This document shows, piece after piece, positions 17,627 through 25,762 of a stretch of DNA of 34,982 nucleotides; positions within the stretch are counted from its first letter, which is position 1, and each line of letters opens with the position of its first letter. Made by a program: the position numbers and the translations under genes. Origin of the DNA: Tepidimicrobium sp. (GTDB lineage Bacteria; Bacillota; Clostridia; Tissierellales; Tepidimicrobiaceae); NCBI GenBank assembly GCA_012839395.1, contig DUNJ01000189.1, positions 1 through 34,982 on the forward strand. Reading direction: 5' to 3'. The notes below the pieces were generated by a model. It saw only the letters and a program-made list of their open reading frames with translations, was not told where the DNA came from and made no database searches.

Positions 17627-18391
17627 CTAACCTTCCTCAATTATCTCCCTATGGATATCGGATTCGAACTCTTTTGCTCTACCAACCTCTATGGCCTTTG
17701 TGGGACATTTTTGTTCAGCTTTATCTACATCACCATCTATTTCGCCATGAATATTTTCATCTATTATTATAGCCTTATTATTTTCGATTTTGAAATGCTC
17801 AGGAGCCATCTTGGCACATATCCCACAACCAATACAATACTCCTCTTTGATTAGGATCTTCCCAAGTTCAATCGCTTTTTCTTCTATGGGTATATCATCC
17901 CTTTTCACCACCTTAGATACCATATATCCCATTATGATTATGCCAATAGTGGTAAAAATCCATCTTACAGCCATAAACTTTGGGCTTAAAAACTTGGCTT
18001 CATTGGCTAGCATGGGTATCTTTATTACCGCCCACGAGCTCAAGATTACTACAATATTAGATATACTTGCTCCTTTTTGCAATAAAGTCTTACATACGGG
18101 AAAAGCGGCATATATTGGTCCTGCAGAAACACTACCAAGGAATATTGATATAAAGGAGCCCCTTAACCCCGATTCATCCCCCAGATAATCCATTATTGTT
18201 TCCTGGGGTATCCAAGTATCTATCAATGCGGTGAGTAAAAATACCAACGGCATAACCGTAAGCATCTCCTTGATATAATAACCGCTATTTTTTATGGATA
18301 GGATTGCTTTCTCCCCATTAATAGCGAACAATCCAATGTATACGATAGCTACAAATACTAAAAAGCTATTTTTCTTTAATCTCTTCAGCAT
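17627..18391 (-). CDS. Permease half (DUF318/ArsP-like repeat unit) fused to a C-terminal single-cluster ferredoxin domain
   Basis: The N-terminal roughly 165 aa form a membrane domain (SAGPIYAAFPVCKTLLQKGASISN). The C-terminal roughly 70 aa contain CIGCGICAKMAPEHF...KCPTKAI, the CxxCxxC...CP motif of small ferredoxins. Confidence 0.75.
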   Translation of the reverse strand: MLKRLKKNSFLVFVAIVYIGLFAINGEKAILSIKNSGYYIKEMLTVMPLVFLLTALIDTWIPQETIMDYLGDESGLRGSFISIFLGSVSAGPIYAAFPVCKTLLQKGASISNIVVILSSWAVIKIPMLANEAKFLSPKFMAVRWIFTTIGIIIMGYMVSKVVKRDDIPIEEKAIELGKILIKEEYCIGCGICAKMAPEHFKIENNKAIIIDENIHGEIDGDVDKAEQKCPTKAIEVGRAKEFESDIHREIIEEG

Positions 18392-18654
18392 AGTATTACC
18401 CCCATAGCCAATGCAATCAACATAGCAAATACAAAACTTATGCTATTTCTTGCAATGGTAAATCTCTTGCCAAATTCCTGGCTTTCTAAGTTAAAGGTAA
18501 CAAGCCCCACCATAGTTAAAGTTGTTAAAAATGCTACCGATGGAACTATGCTTGCTCCCATATCTACCATAGAACCAACTAGCGGAAATGCAACAAAAGC
18601 TGGTATTAAAGTAACAGCCTCATGGTTACTTTTAGGAGGTTTTTTTATGGGCAT
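18385..18654 (-). CDS. Small membrane ORF homologous to the C-terminal two-thirds of a permease half. It may be a truncated partner subunit.
   Basis: The 89-aa product aligns by eye with residues ~90-160 of the next ORF (AFPLVGSMVDMGASIVPSVAFL versus AAFPVCKTLLQKGASISNIVVIL). It overlaps the next ORF by 7 nt. There is no RBS, and its ATG overlaps the divergent crp-like ATG by 8 nt. Confidence 0.45.
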   Translation of the reverse strand: MPIKKPPKSNHEAVTLIPAFVAFPLVGSMVDMGASIVPSVAFLTTLTMVGLVTFNLESQEFGKRFTIARNSISFVFAMLIALAMGVILC

Positions 18655-19339
18655 CGAACACTATAAGAATTTAATCAGCCATACGCATTTATTTAATCAA
18701 TTTTCTCCAAATGATATATCAACTTTATTTATAAAGGATTATTATAAGATTAAAGATTACGAAAGGGACTCTATAATCTATTTACAAAATGAAGTTTGCA
18801 ATACGATAGATATTGTATTAGGCGGAAGCGTGCATATTCAAAAAATAGATGAAAATGGAGGTATATTGACTATTGCAACCTACACCACTGGGGATATAAT
18901 GGGGGCCAATCTCGCTTTTTCGAAAGCTAATCAATATCCTATGACCGTAATATCCAACACCCAGTCCACAGTCTTACATATAAATAAGAAACTAATATTA
19001 AATCTATGTCAAAACGATAGGAATTTTCTTATCAAATTCTTAGAAACTCTGTCCAGTAAAGCTTTAATACTCACAAATAAGATAAAGTTTATATCCATGA
19101 AGACCATCAGGGATAAGATAATAGAATTTCTAACCTATGAATACCACCTTCAAAATAGCCCTGTAATTAAACTGCAGGTTTCTAAGAAGGAATTAGCTGA
19201 AAGATTTGGCATACAGAGGCCTTCCCTATTTAGAGAGCTAAGAAAGATGAAAGAAGATGGGCTCATCGATTATGATTCTCGTTCCATTACAATAGTGGAT
19301 ATGGAACTGTTAAAAAAACGCGATGGCTTAATTACTTGA
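18647..19339 (+). CDS. Crp/Fnr family transcriptional regulator
   Basis: The ATG at 18647 has TAGGAGGT upstream. The protein has a cNMP-binding-like beta-roll and the C-terminal HTH SKKELAERFGIQRPSLFRELRKMKEDGLI. Confidence 0.85.
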   Translation: MGIEHYKNLISHTHLFNQFSPNDISTLFIKDYYKIKDYERDSIIYLQNEVCNTIDIVLGGSVHIQKIDENGGILTIATYTTGDIMGANLAFSKANQYPMTVISNTQSTVLHINKKLILNLCQNDRNFLIKFLETLSSKALILTNKIKFISMKTIRDKIIEFLTYEYHLQNSPVIKLQVSKKELAERFGIQRPSLFRELRKMKEDGLIDYDSRSITIVDMELLKKRDGLIT

Positions 19340-19375
19340 TTTTATTATCATCTCATTGGGTAATATATAGGTAGT

Positions 19376-19960
19376 ATGATAAGAGATAGCATTGGGGGGA
19401 TTTTATTGAAGGCTGTAAATATTATGATAGAGGAGCACGAAAATATCCGAAAGATGTTAAAGGTAATAAGAAGGTATTGTTATAGGGTGATGAATGACGA
19501 TGATATAGATTATGAAGATTTCTATAAGATTATAGATTTTATCAGAAACTATTCAGATGGGCTTCACCATGCTAAAGAAGAGGATATACTGTTTAAAATC
19601 TTAGGAGAGCAGGTGCCCAAGTTAGCTAATAATGGTGCCATTACCGGAATGCTTATAGAACATGATCTATCCCGTCTCTATACTTCAAATTTAGAAAAAG
19701 CCCTGGAGAAATACAGATTAGGCAATGATGAGGCAAGGCTAGATATTATTGCAAATGCCATTGCCTATACCGATCTATTAGATAGACATATCGAAAAGGA
19801 AAATAATGCCCTATATAGATTTGCAAATAATCTGTTAGCCGATGATATCAAAACAGAGATCGATAAACGCTGTGCACAAGTAGATCTAACTGCTGGGGAG
19901 AAGGGGGTACAAGATAAATATTTAAGCTTCATTGGTGAGCTAGAACAAAAAATAAAGTAA
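19376..19960 (+). CDS. Hemerythrin (HHE cation-binding) domain protein
   Basis: It carries the H...HHAKEE...EHD...RHIEKEN pattern of hemerythrin-like four-helix bundles. The true start may be TTG 19406 (GGGGGGA RBS) or ATG 19424. Confidence 0.78.
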   Translation: MIRDSIGGILLKAVNIMIEEHENIRKMLKVIRRYCYRVMNDDDIDYEDFYKIIDFIRNYSDGLHHAKEEDILFKILGEQVPKLANNGAITGMLIEHDLSRLYTSNLEKALEKYRLGNDEARLDIIANAIAYTDLLDRHIEKENNALYRFANNLLADDIKTEIDKRCAQVDLTAGEKGVQDKYLSFIGELEQKIK

Positions 19961-19978
19961 GATTATGAGGTGATAAAT

Positions 19979-21184
19979 ATGAGTGAGCTTATCAATAATA
20001 GGGAATATAGGCAAAAGATTTTAAAAGAGGTTATACGAGAATTACATGCTGGTAAAACTGTGGAGGAGGTAAAAGAAAAGTTTGCTGAAGCGATAGAGGG
20101 CGTTTCCCCATCGGAGATTTCCGCTATGGAAACCCAGCTAGTTAAAGAAGGGCTGCCTATTGAGGAAATACAGCATCTATGTAATGTGCACGCAGCAGTG
20201 TTTAAAGGTTCCATAGAAGAAATCCATCATCCGGAGGAAATACCTGGACATCCAATCCATACATTTAAGGGAGAAAATCGAGCTATTGAGAAGCATATAG
20301 ATAGCAATCTGAACTCCAATGTTGAGAAGTTTAAGGAAAAAGATTCAAAGGAAAATATAATTTCCCTAGTAGAGGATATCAATCTGCTATGGGATATCGA
20401 TAAGCATTATAGTAGGAAAGAAAATTTAATATTTCCCTATTTGGAGAGATACGGAATTACAGCACCCCCACAGGTTATGTGGGGAGTAGATGATGAAATA
20501 AGGGCCTCGTTGAAGGATATTAAATTGATGCTAACAAATTACAAGGGAAATAAGGACGAGGTGGTGAAAAAGATCGAAGATACAGTGCATGAAATAAAGG
20601 AGATGATATATAAAGAGGAAAAAATATTGTTTCCCATGGCCCTAGAGACCTTAACCGAGGATGAATGGATTACTATTTACGATGAATCCGATGAAATAGG
20701 CTATGCTATAATATCGCCAGATGTGGAATGGAAACTAAGACGAACATCTGATGAGCCTCTAAAAGATGATCTGGAAGCTGGTAGTGTACAATTTGATGCC
20801 GGTTCCCTTACCCCTAGGGAGATAAATGCCATATTCAATCATATGCCGGTAGAAATGACCTTTATAGACGAAAACGATGTAGTTAAATATTTTTCAAAGG
20901 GGGATGAAAGAATATTTCCCCGTACTAAAGCCGTTATAGGGAGAACCGTTCAAAATTGCCACCCCCCAGCTAGCGTTGATATTGTGGAAAGTATATTGAA
21001 TGATTTTAAATCGGGCAAAAAAGATAGTGAGAAATTTTGGATTAAAATGGGGGACCTATATGTGCTAATTTCCTACTTTGCCATAAGAGATAAAGATGGA
21101 ACGTATATGGGTACTTTAGAATTTTCTCAAAATATAGCACCAATCCAACAGATAAAAGGAGAAAAAAGATTGTTATCGGAATAA
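19979..21184 (+). CDS. DUF1858 / hemerythrin / DUF438 / PAS-like multidomain protein
   Basis: The ATG at 19979 has a GAGGTG RBS. The N-terminal region matches DUF1858 (VSPSEISAMETQLVKEGLPIEEIQHLCNVH). A central hemerythrin region contains HYSRKENLIFPYLE. The C-terminal region matches DUF438 plus PAS (FPRTKAVIGRTVQNCHPP). Confidence 0.85.
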   Translation: MSELINNREYRQKILKEVIRELHAGKTVEEVKEKFAEAIEGVSPSEISAMETQLVKEGLPIEEIQHLCNVHAAVFKGSIEEIHHPEEIPGHPIHTFKGENRAIEKHIDSNLNSNVEKFKEKDSKENIISLVEDINLLWDIDKHYSRKENLIFPYLERYGITAPPQVMWGVDDEIRASLKDIKLMLTNYKGNKDEVVKKIEDTVHEIKEMIYKEEKILFPMALETLTEDEWITIYDESDEIGYAIISPDVEWKLRRTSDEPLKDDLEAGSVQFDAGSLTPREINAIFNHMPVEMTFIDENDVVKYFSKGDERIFPRTKAVIGRTVQNCHPPASVDIVESILNDFKSGKKDSEKFWIKMGDLYVLISYFAIRDKDGTYMGTLEFSQNIAPIQQIKGEKRLLSE

Positions 21185-21208
21185 AAAGGTAGGTTGAGCT
21201 ACCTTTTT
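21183..21208. terminator. Bidirectional intrinsic terminator
   Basis: The hairpin AAAAAGGTAG-gttgag-CTACCTTTTT lies between convergent genes and overlaps the hom stop codon. Confidence 0.75.
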
Positions 21209-22493
21209 ATTCATCTACTCCATTCTCTACCCTTATTAGATTGGCTATCTCCACTACCTCATCTATTGATAATATATTGTTCATAGCCTTTCTTATATTG
21301 CCCTCCTTACTATTATGAGTAATAAACACCAATGATACTGTAGGGGTCTTCCTTCCCTTTTGAATTACCGACGATAGGCTTACATTGCTTTCACCAAATT
21401 TAGATGCAATCTTACCTAGCACCCCTGGCTTATCCTTTACCATTATCCTTATATAGTATTTACAAACCGTTTCCTCCATAGGCTTTACAGTCTTTTCATC
21501 TACAGAATTGGAAGCATAATATATATTATCCTTATTCTTTACTATATCCATGATGTCACCTACCACTGCACTACCAGTGGGCATGTCCCCTGCACCCCTA
21601 CCATAAAACATCAGATCTCCTACCGCGTTTCCCTTTAAAAATACGGCATTAAATACATCCCCAACCGATGCTAGTGGGTGGTCTAAAGGTATAAAAGTTG
21701 GATGAACCCGCATCTCTATATCCCCACCCCTATCCTTGCCTATTGCTAGAAGCTTTATAGCATAACCCAATTCTTTAGCATATTCTATGTCTGTAGGCGT
21801 AATGTTGATTATCCCTTCTCTATATACACTGGAAAAATCTATATTTGCTCCAAAGGATAAAGAACCTAATATGGTCAACTTATGTGCTGCATCATATCCT
21901 TCTACATCCGCAGTAGGATCTAACTCAGCATACCCCTTATCCTGGGCCTCTTTCAATACGCTATCGAAATCAACCCCATCCTTAGCCATCTTGGTTAAAA
22001 TGTAATTTGTAGTTCCATTTACTATTCCCATTACCTCTTCCACTTTATTGCCTGCTAAACTCTCCCTTATGGTAGATAGCACAGGTATCCCACCGGCAAC
22101 GCTTGCTTCATATAGGAACATTACATTTTTGGATTTGGCCTTCTCAAATATTTCCTTGCCATGACTAGCGATTAAAGCCTTGTTGGCAGAAACCACATGC
22201 TTATTGGCCTCCATAGCTCTTAATATGTATTCCCTTGCCGGCTCTATACCGCCCATTACCTCCACCACAATCTCTATCTCGTCATCTTCTAAAATATCCT
22301 GAAAATCATCGGTATACAGGTCCGCAGGAGCATCCACATCCCTTTTCCTATTTAAATTCTGGACAAGTATCCTAGACACCTCCACCTCATAGCCGCAATT
22401 TCTAAGTATCTCATCCCTATTGGTTTTCAATATATTCCATATTCCTGACCCAACAGTTCCCATTCCCAACAATCCTATTTTAACCTTTCCCAT
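21207..22493 (-). CDS. hom: Homoserine dehydrogenase
   Basis: The protein has an N-terminal Rossmann motif (KIGLLGMGTVGSG), the catalytic region with GIVNGTTNYILT and a C-terminal ACT domain. The ATG at 22493 lies 6 nt after GGAGGG. Confidence 0.93.
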   Translation of the reverse strand: MGKVKIGLLGMGTVGSGIWNILKTNRDEILRNCGYEVEVSRILVQNLNRKRDVDAPADLYTDDFQDILEDDEIEIVVEVMGGIEPAREYILRAMEANKHVVSANKALIASHGKEIFEKAKSKNVMFLYEASVAGGIPVLSTIRESLAGNKVEEVMGIVNGTTNYILTKMAKDGVDFDSVLKEAQDKGYAELDPTADVEGYDAAHKLTILGSLSFGANIDFSSVYREGIINITPTDIEYAKELGYAIKLLAIGKDRGGDIEMRVHPTFIPLDHPLASVGDVFNAVFLKGNAVGDLMFYGRGAGDMPTGSAVVGDIMDIVKNKDNIYYASNSVDEKTVKPMEETVCKYYIRIMVKDKPGVLGKIASKFGESNVSLSSVIQKGRKTPTVSLVFITHNSKEGNIRKAMNNILSIDEVVEIANLIRVENGVDE

Positions 22494-22521
22494 ATACAAC
22501 CCTCCATAATATTTATATATT

Positions 22522-22971
22522 TTATTCCCTAGCTAAAAGATTAACCTCATTGACCCCTTCTATCTTTTCCAGTTTCGATAAAAGAGCCTGTATCTTTATC
22601 GTCAGTTCTTGAATCTCTATAGCTATGGTTACATTAGCTACGCCATGTATAGGTATGCTCTGATTGATGGTAAGAATATTAGCCCTAAATTTTGCAAGCT
22701 CGCTTAATACCTTGGATAATATGCCTTTACGATGACTTAATAGTAGATGAATAGTTATAATCCTTCCCTTGTTAATCTCATATAGGGGAAATATATAATC
22801 CTTATATTTGTAATAAGCGCTTCTACTCATTCCCACCATCTCTACTGCCTCATGGACAGTACTAGCCTTTCCCTTTTTCAATAACTCCTTCGCTTCTATA
22901 GTCTTCAATAATACTATGGGTAAAATTCTTCTATCCACTATATAACGCGTATCGTTGCTACCATCATTCAT
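22522..22971 (-). CDS. ACT-domain protein of the UPF0735 (PheB-like) family
   Basis: The 149-aa product has an N-terminal HTH-like segment ([13 protein letters not shown]) followed by an ACT fold. It lies upstream of hom and is co-oriented with it. Confidence 0.8.
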   Translation of the reverse strand: MNDGSNDTRYIVDRRILPIVLLKTIEAKELLKKGKASTVHEAVEMVGMSRSAYYKYKDYIFPLYEINKGRIITIHLLLSHRKGILSKVLSELAKFRANILTINQSIPIHGVANVTIAIEIQELTIKIQALLSKLEKIEGVNEVNLLARE

Positions 22972-23025
22972 ATTTTATCTCCCCTCTGTGCCCATGCAGT
23001 GTACCTTTGTCCACAGCATGTGAAC

Positions 23026-23054
23026 ATTCTAGCATAGTTTCGGCTCCTTTGCAA
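23026..23054 (-). promoter_or_regulatory. SigmaA-type promoter of the ACT-hom operon
   Basis: The minus strand reads TTGCAA-N17-TAGAAT with a TG extension (TGCTAGAAT), about 55 nt upstream of the ATG. Confidence 0.5.
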
Positions 23055-23199
23055 TAGAAAAATCCATATAATTGAAAAATCCCTACCATACTCCATACAT
23101 TTAGCTATAGCTTTCTCTCCACCCATAGGAACCGAAAGCTGCTGCCTTCTTATTCTTAAATCCGATCCCCCTGATTATATCATCCTTATTAAGTTATCC

Positions 23200-23883
23200 C
23201 TATACTATTCCACTTAAACCCTCTTCGTCCAATATCACTATCCTTCTATGACCTATCAACTTTATTAAGCCCAATTCTTGAAAATAGGATAATTTTCTGC
23301 TTAATGTCTCTTGGCTCATGCCTATATAGGATGCCAAATCCCGCTTACTCATCTTCAACATCACTTCCCCACCTTCTGCCATATCTAATAGTGCATTTGC
23401 AATCCTAGTCTCCACATTATGAATCCCTAGGTGTTCAATTAAATTCTCTGCTTTTTCCAGCCTAATACTCAATTCCTCCAATACTTTAAGGGCTATGGTA
23501 GGGTATTTCATCATTAGCCCTTTCAATTTATCCCCATCTATTATACACAGGCTAGCTTTCTCCAAGACTTCAGCATTATCCTTCATGGCACTATTGGTAA
23601 AAAGGGACAACTCTCCCATAAAGTCTCCAGGTCCAAGAACTCTAATTACCTGTTCTTTACCCGAATCAGACAACCTAGTTATCTTAACCTTTCCCTTATG
23701 AATCACAAATATTCTATCCTCCCTATCCCCTGTCATATATATCATTTCACCTTTTTGGTATTTCTTGCTAGTGATTATCCTAGCTACCTCCATCATTTCG
23801 TGATAATCTAAGGAATTGAATATGGGAACTATCTCCATACAAAGCCTCTCTTTTCCTTTCGAATTACAGCTACTGCACCCCAT
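23200..23883 (-). CDS. Crp/Fnr family regulator with an N-terminal cysteine cluster (FNR-like)
   Basis: The ATG at 23883 has an AGGGGGTG RBS. The N-terminus reads MGCSSCNSKGKERLC, and a further Cys lies in the beta-roll (ASLCIIDG). The C-terminal HTH is SKRDLASYIGMSQETLSRKL. Confidence 0.85.
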   Translation of the reverse strand: MGCSSCNSKGKERLCMEIVPIFNSLDYHEMMEVARIITSKKYQKGEMIYMTGDREDRIFVIHKGKVKITRLSDSGKEQVIRVLGPGDFMGELSLFTNSAMKDNAEVLEKASLCIIDGDKLKGLMMKYPTIALKVLEELSIRLEKAENLIEHLGIHNVETRIANALLDMAEGGEVMLKMSKRDLASYIGMSQETLSRKLSYFQELGLIKLIGHRRIVILDEEGLSGIV

Positions 23884-24026
23884 TAAAAACACCCCCTATC
23901 ATTAACTATACAATACCCTTTTAATCCTCTCCTAGTCAGTGTTGAAAAATCATCGCTATTATAAAAATATATATTCTGTCCACACCATTTAAGCTAGTGA
24001 ACACCTTTAAATATTAATATTAATAC

Positions 24027-24068
24027 ATAAAATAAGGATCGGATTTAGGGAGTGTCCCAATCCGATCC
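24027..24068 (-). terminator. Intrinsic terminator after the ABC operon
   Basis: The minus strand reads GGATCGGATT-GGGACACTCCCTA-AATCCGATCC followed by TTATTTTAT. Confidence 0.75.
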
Positions 24069-24074
24069 CGTATC

Positions 24075-24851
24075 TTAACTAAACAAGGATTTATCATCCA
24101 TATCCTTAAACAATGTTAGCAGCTTTTCCTTGGTCAAAGTGTTTTTTTTCTCTCCAGATATATCTACTATCTTATTTCCCCTATGAAGCATTACCAGCCT
24201 ATTGCCATATCTTATAGCATGATCTACGTTATGAGTTACCATAATAGTAGTTAAGCCCTTCTCCTCCACTATATCCCTTGTAATGCCCATCACAATCTCA
24301 CTGGTTTTAGGGTCTAAAGCTGCAGTATGCTCATCAAGTAATAATAGGTCAGGCTCCCCAATTACGGCCATAATCAAAGCCAATGATTGTCTCTGTCCTC
24401 CTGACAGCTGGGATACTGGAGTGTACAACTTATCTTCCAAACCAAGGTGAAGAGTACTCAACAATTCCTTAAAATATTCCTCATCTTTCCTATCTATTAA
24501 AAAGGATAATCCAAACCTTTTGCCTTTATTTTTAGCCATTGATAGGTTTTCATATATGGTCATAGATGGATTGGTGCCCAGTGATGGATCCTGAAATATT
24601 CTAGATATATTTTTGCACTTTTCATGTTCTGTATCATGGGTCACATCCCTATCTTTCAATATTATGTTTCCCCCATCTGCCCGAACCTTACCAGAGATTA
24701 TATTTAAAAGAGTGGATTTGCCCGCTCCATTGCTGCCCAATACACATATAAAATCCTTTTCATCTATATCCATAGAGAAGTTATTGAATACTACCTGTTC
24801 ATTTATGCTACCTTTATTAAATGTTTTAGATACCCCACTTAGCTTAAGCAT
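24075..24851 (-). CDS. ABC transporter ATP-binding protein (COG1101-type)
   Basis: Walker A (GSNGAGKST), signature (LSGGQRQ) and Walker B (LLLLDEHTAALD) motifs are present. The start is uncertain: ATG 24851, or GTG 24857/24860. It overlaps the end of the permease gene. Confidence 0.9.
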   Translation of the reverse strand: MLKLSGVSKTFNKGSINEQVVFNNFSMDIDEKDFICVLGSNGAGKSTLLNIISGKVRADGGNIILKDRDVTHDTEHEKCKNISRIFQDPSLGTNPSMTIYENLSMAKNKGKRFGLSFLIDRKDEEYFKELLSTLHLGLEDKLYTPVSQLSGGQRQSLALIMAVIGEPDLLLLDEHTAALDPKTSEIVMGITRDIVEEKGLTTIMVTHNVDHAIRYGNRLVMLHRGNKIVDISGEKKNTLTKEKLLTLFKDMDDKSLFS

Positions 24852-25761
24852 TTCCACCACCAGCCTCTCCTAAAGTAGTGGAACTCTCAATATCCGATTT
24901 CTTTAAATTATTCCGCCTTCTTCTAGTAAAGAATTCTCCGGTATTGCCAATAGATAACACAATTACAACTATTATGGAGCTTATAAGCTTTAGGTCACTG
25001 GGGTTAAATCCTATTCTTAGACTCAACGCTATGCTAGTTCTATATAGTAAGGTTCCCACTATACATATAATGCTAGAATTGAAAAACCCTATCCTCTCAA
25101 ATATACTACTCCCTATAACTATGGATGCAAGCCCCATAATCATCGTTCCGGTGCCCATATTGATATCACTAAATCCCTGATATTGGGCCATTATACTCCC
25201 AGATAAAGCTATAAAGCTATTAGATAGGGCTAGAGCAAATATCTTTATGCTCCCAATATTGATTCCTAAAGATATTACCATGTTTTCGTTATCCCCTATG
25301 CCTCTTAGCAGGTAACCTAATTTAGTTTTGAAGAATATCGTAAAAAATATGGCACAGAGTAAGGTTACAATAGATAGTATAAATAATGGATTTCTACCTG
25401 TAAATAGGCTATCATGATTGAACAGGGGAAGATTTGCCTTCCCCCCCATCATCCTAAGGTTTATAGAATAGAGCCCCACCATAACCAAAATGCTTGAAAG
25501 TATATCCTGTATCTTCAATTTAACATTCAATATACCAGTCATCAATCCAGCCAAAGCACCGACCAACATAGAGATGATTAGAGATGTAAAGGGATTGAAG
25601 CCTTTAGTTATCATTATAGCCGATACGCTGGCACCCAAGGTAAAACTACCATCAGCGGAAAGATCCGCAAATTTCAATATCTTATAGCTAATATATATTC
25701 CCATCACCGTTATGGAAAATATTAAGCTCTGCTGGATAATACTGGTTACAAAACTGTTCAT
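24844..25761 (-). CDS. ABC transporter permease (COG4120-type, BPD_transp_2-like)
   Basis: The polytopic membrane protein starts at ATG 25761, 1 nt after the binding-protein stop codon. A GAGGGGGA RBS lies upstream. Confidence 0.88.
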   Translation of the reverse strand: MNSFVTSIIQQSLIFSITVMGIYISYKILKFADLSADGSFTLGASVSAIMITKGFNPFTSLIISMLVGALAGLMTGILNVKLKIQDILSSILVMVGLYSINLRMMGGKANLPLFNHDSLFTGRNPLFILSIVTLLCAIFFTIFFKTKLGYLLRGIGDNENMVISLGINIGSIKIFALALSNSFIALSGSIMAQYQGFSDINMGTGTMIMGLASIVIGSSIFERIGFFNSSIICIVGTLLYRTSIALSLRIGFNPSDLKLISSIIVVIVLSIGNTGEFFTRRRRNNLKKSDIESSTTLGEAGGGNA

Positions 25762-25762
25762 A

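Noticed and set aside
18671-18702. 9-nt direct repeat ATTTAATCA x2 near the divergent crp-like/permease starts
   Set aside because: It lies inside the crp-like coding sequence (NLIS / LFNQ codons) and is AT-rich, so chance recurrence is likely.
22969-23142. 57-codon upstream ORF (MGGEKAIAKC...) ending in ATATGA, overlapping the start of the ACT-domain gene
   Set aside because: It has no RBS, and its W/C/R-rich composition looks non-coding. A good promoter (23026-23054) lies inside it, so most of it would not be on the operon mRNA.
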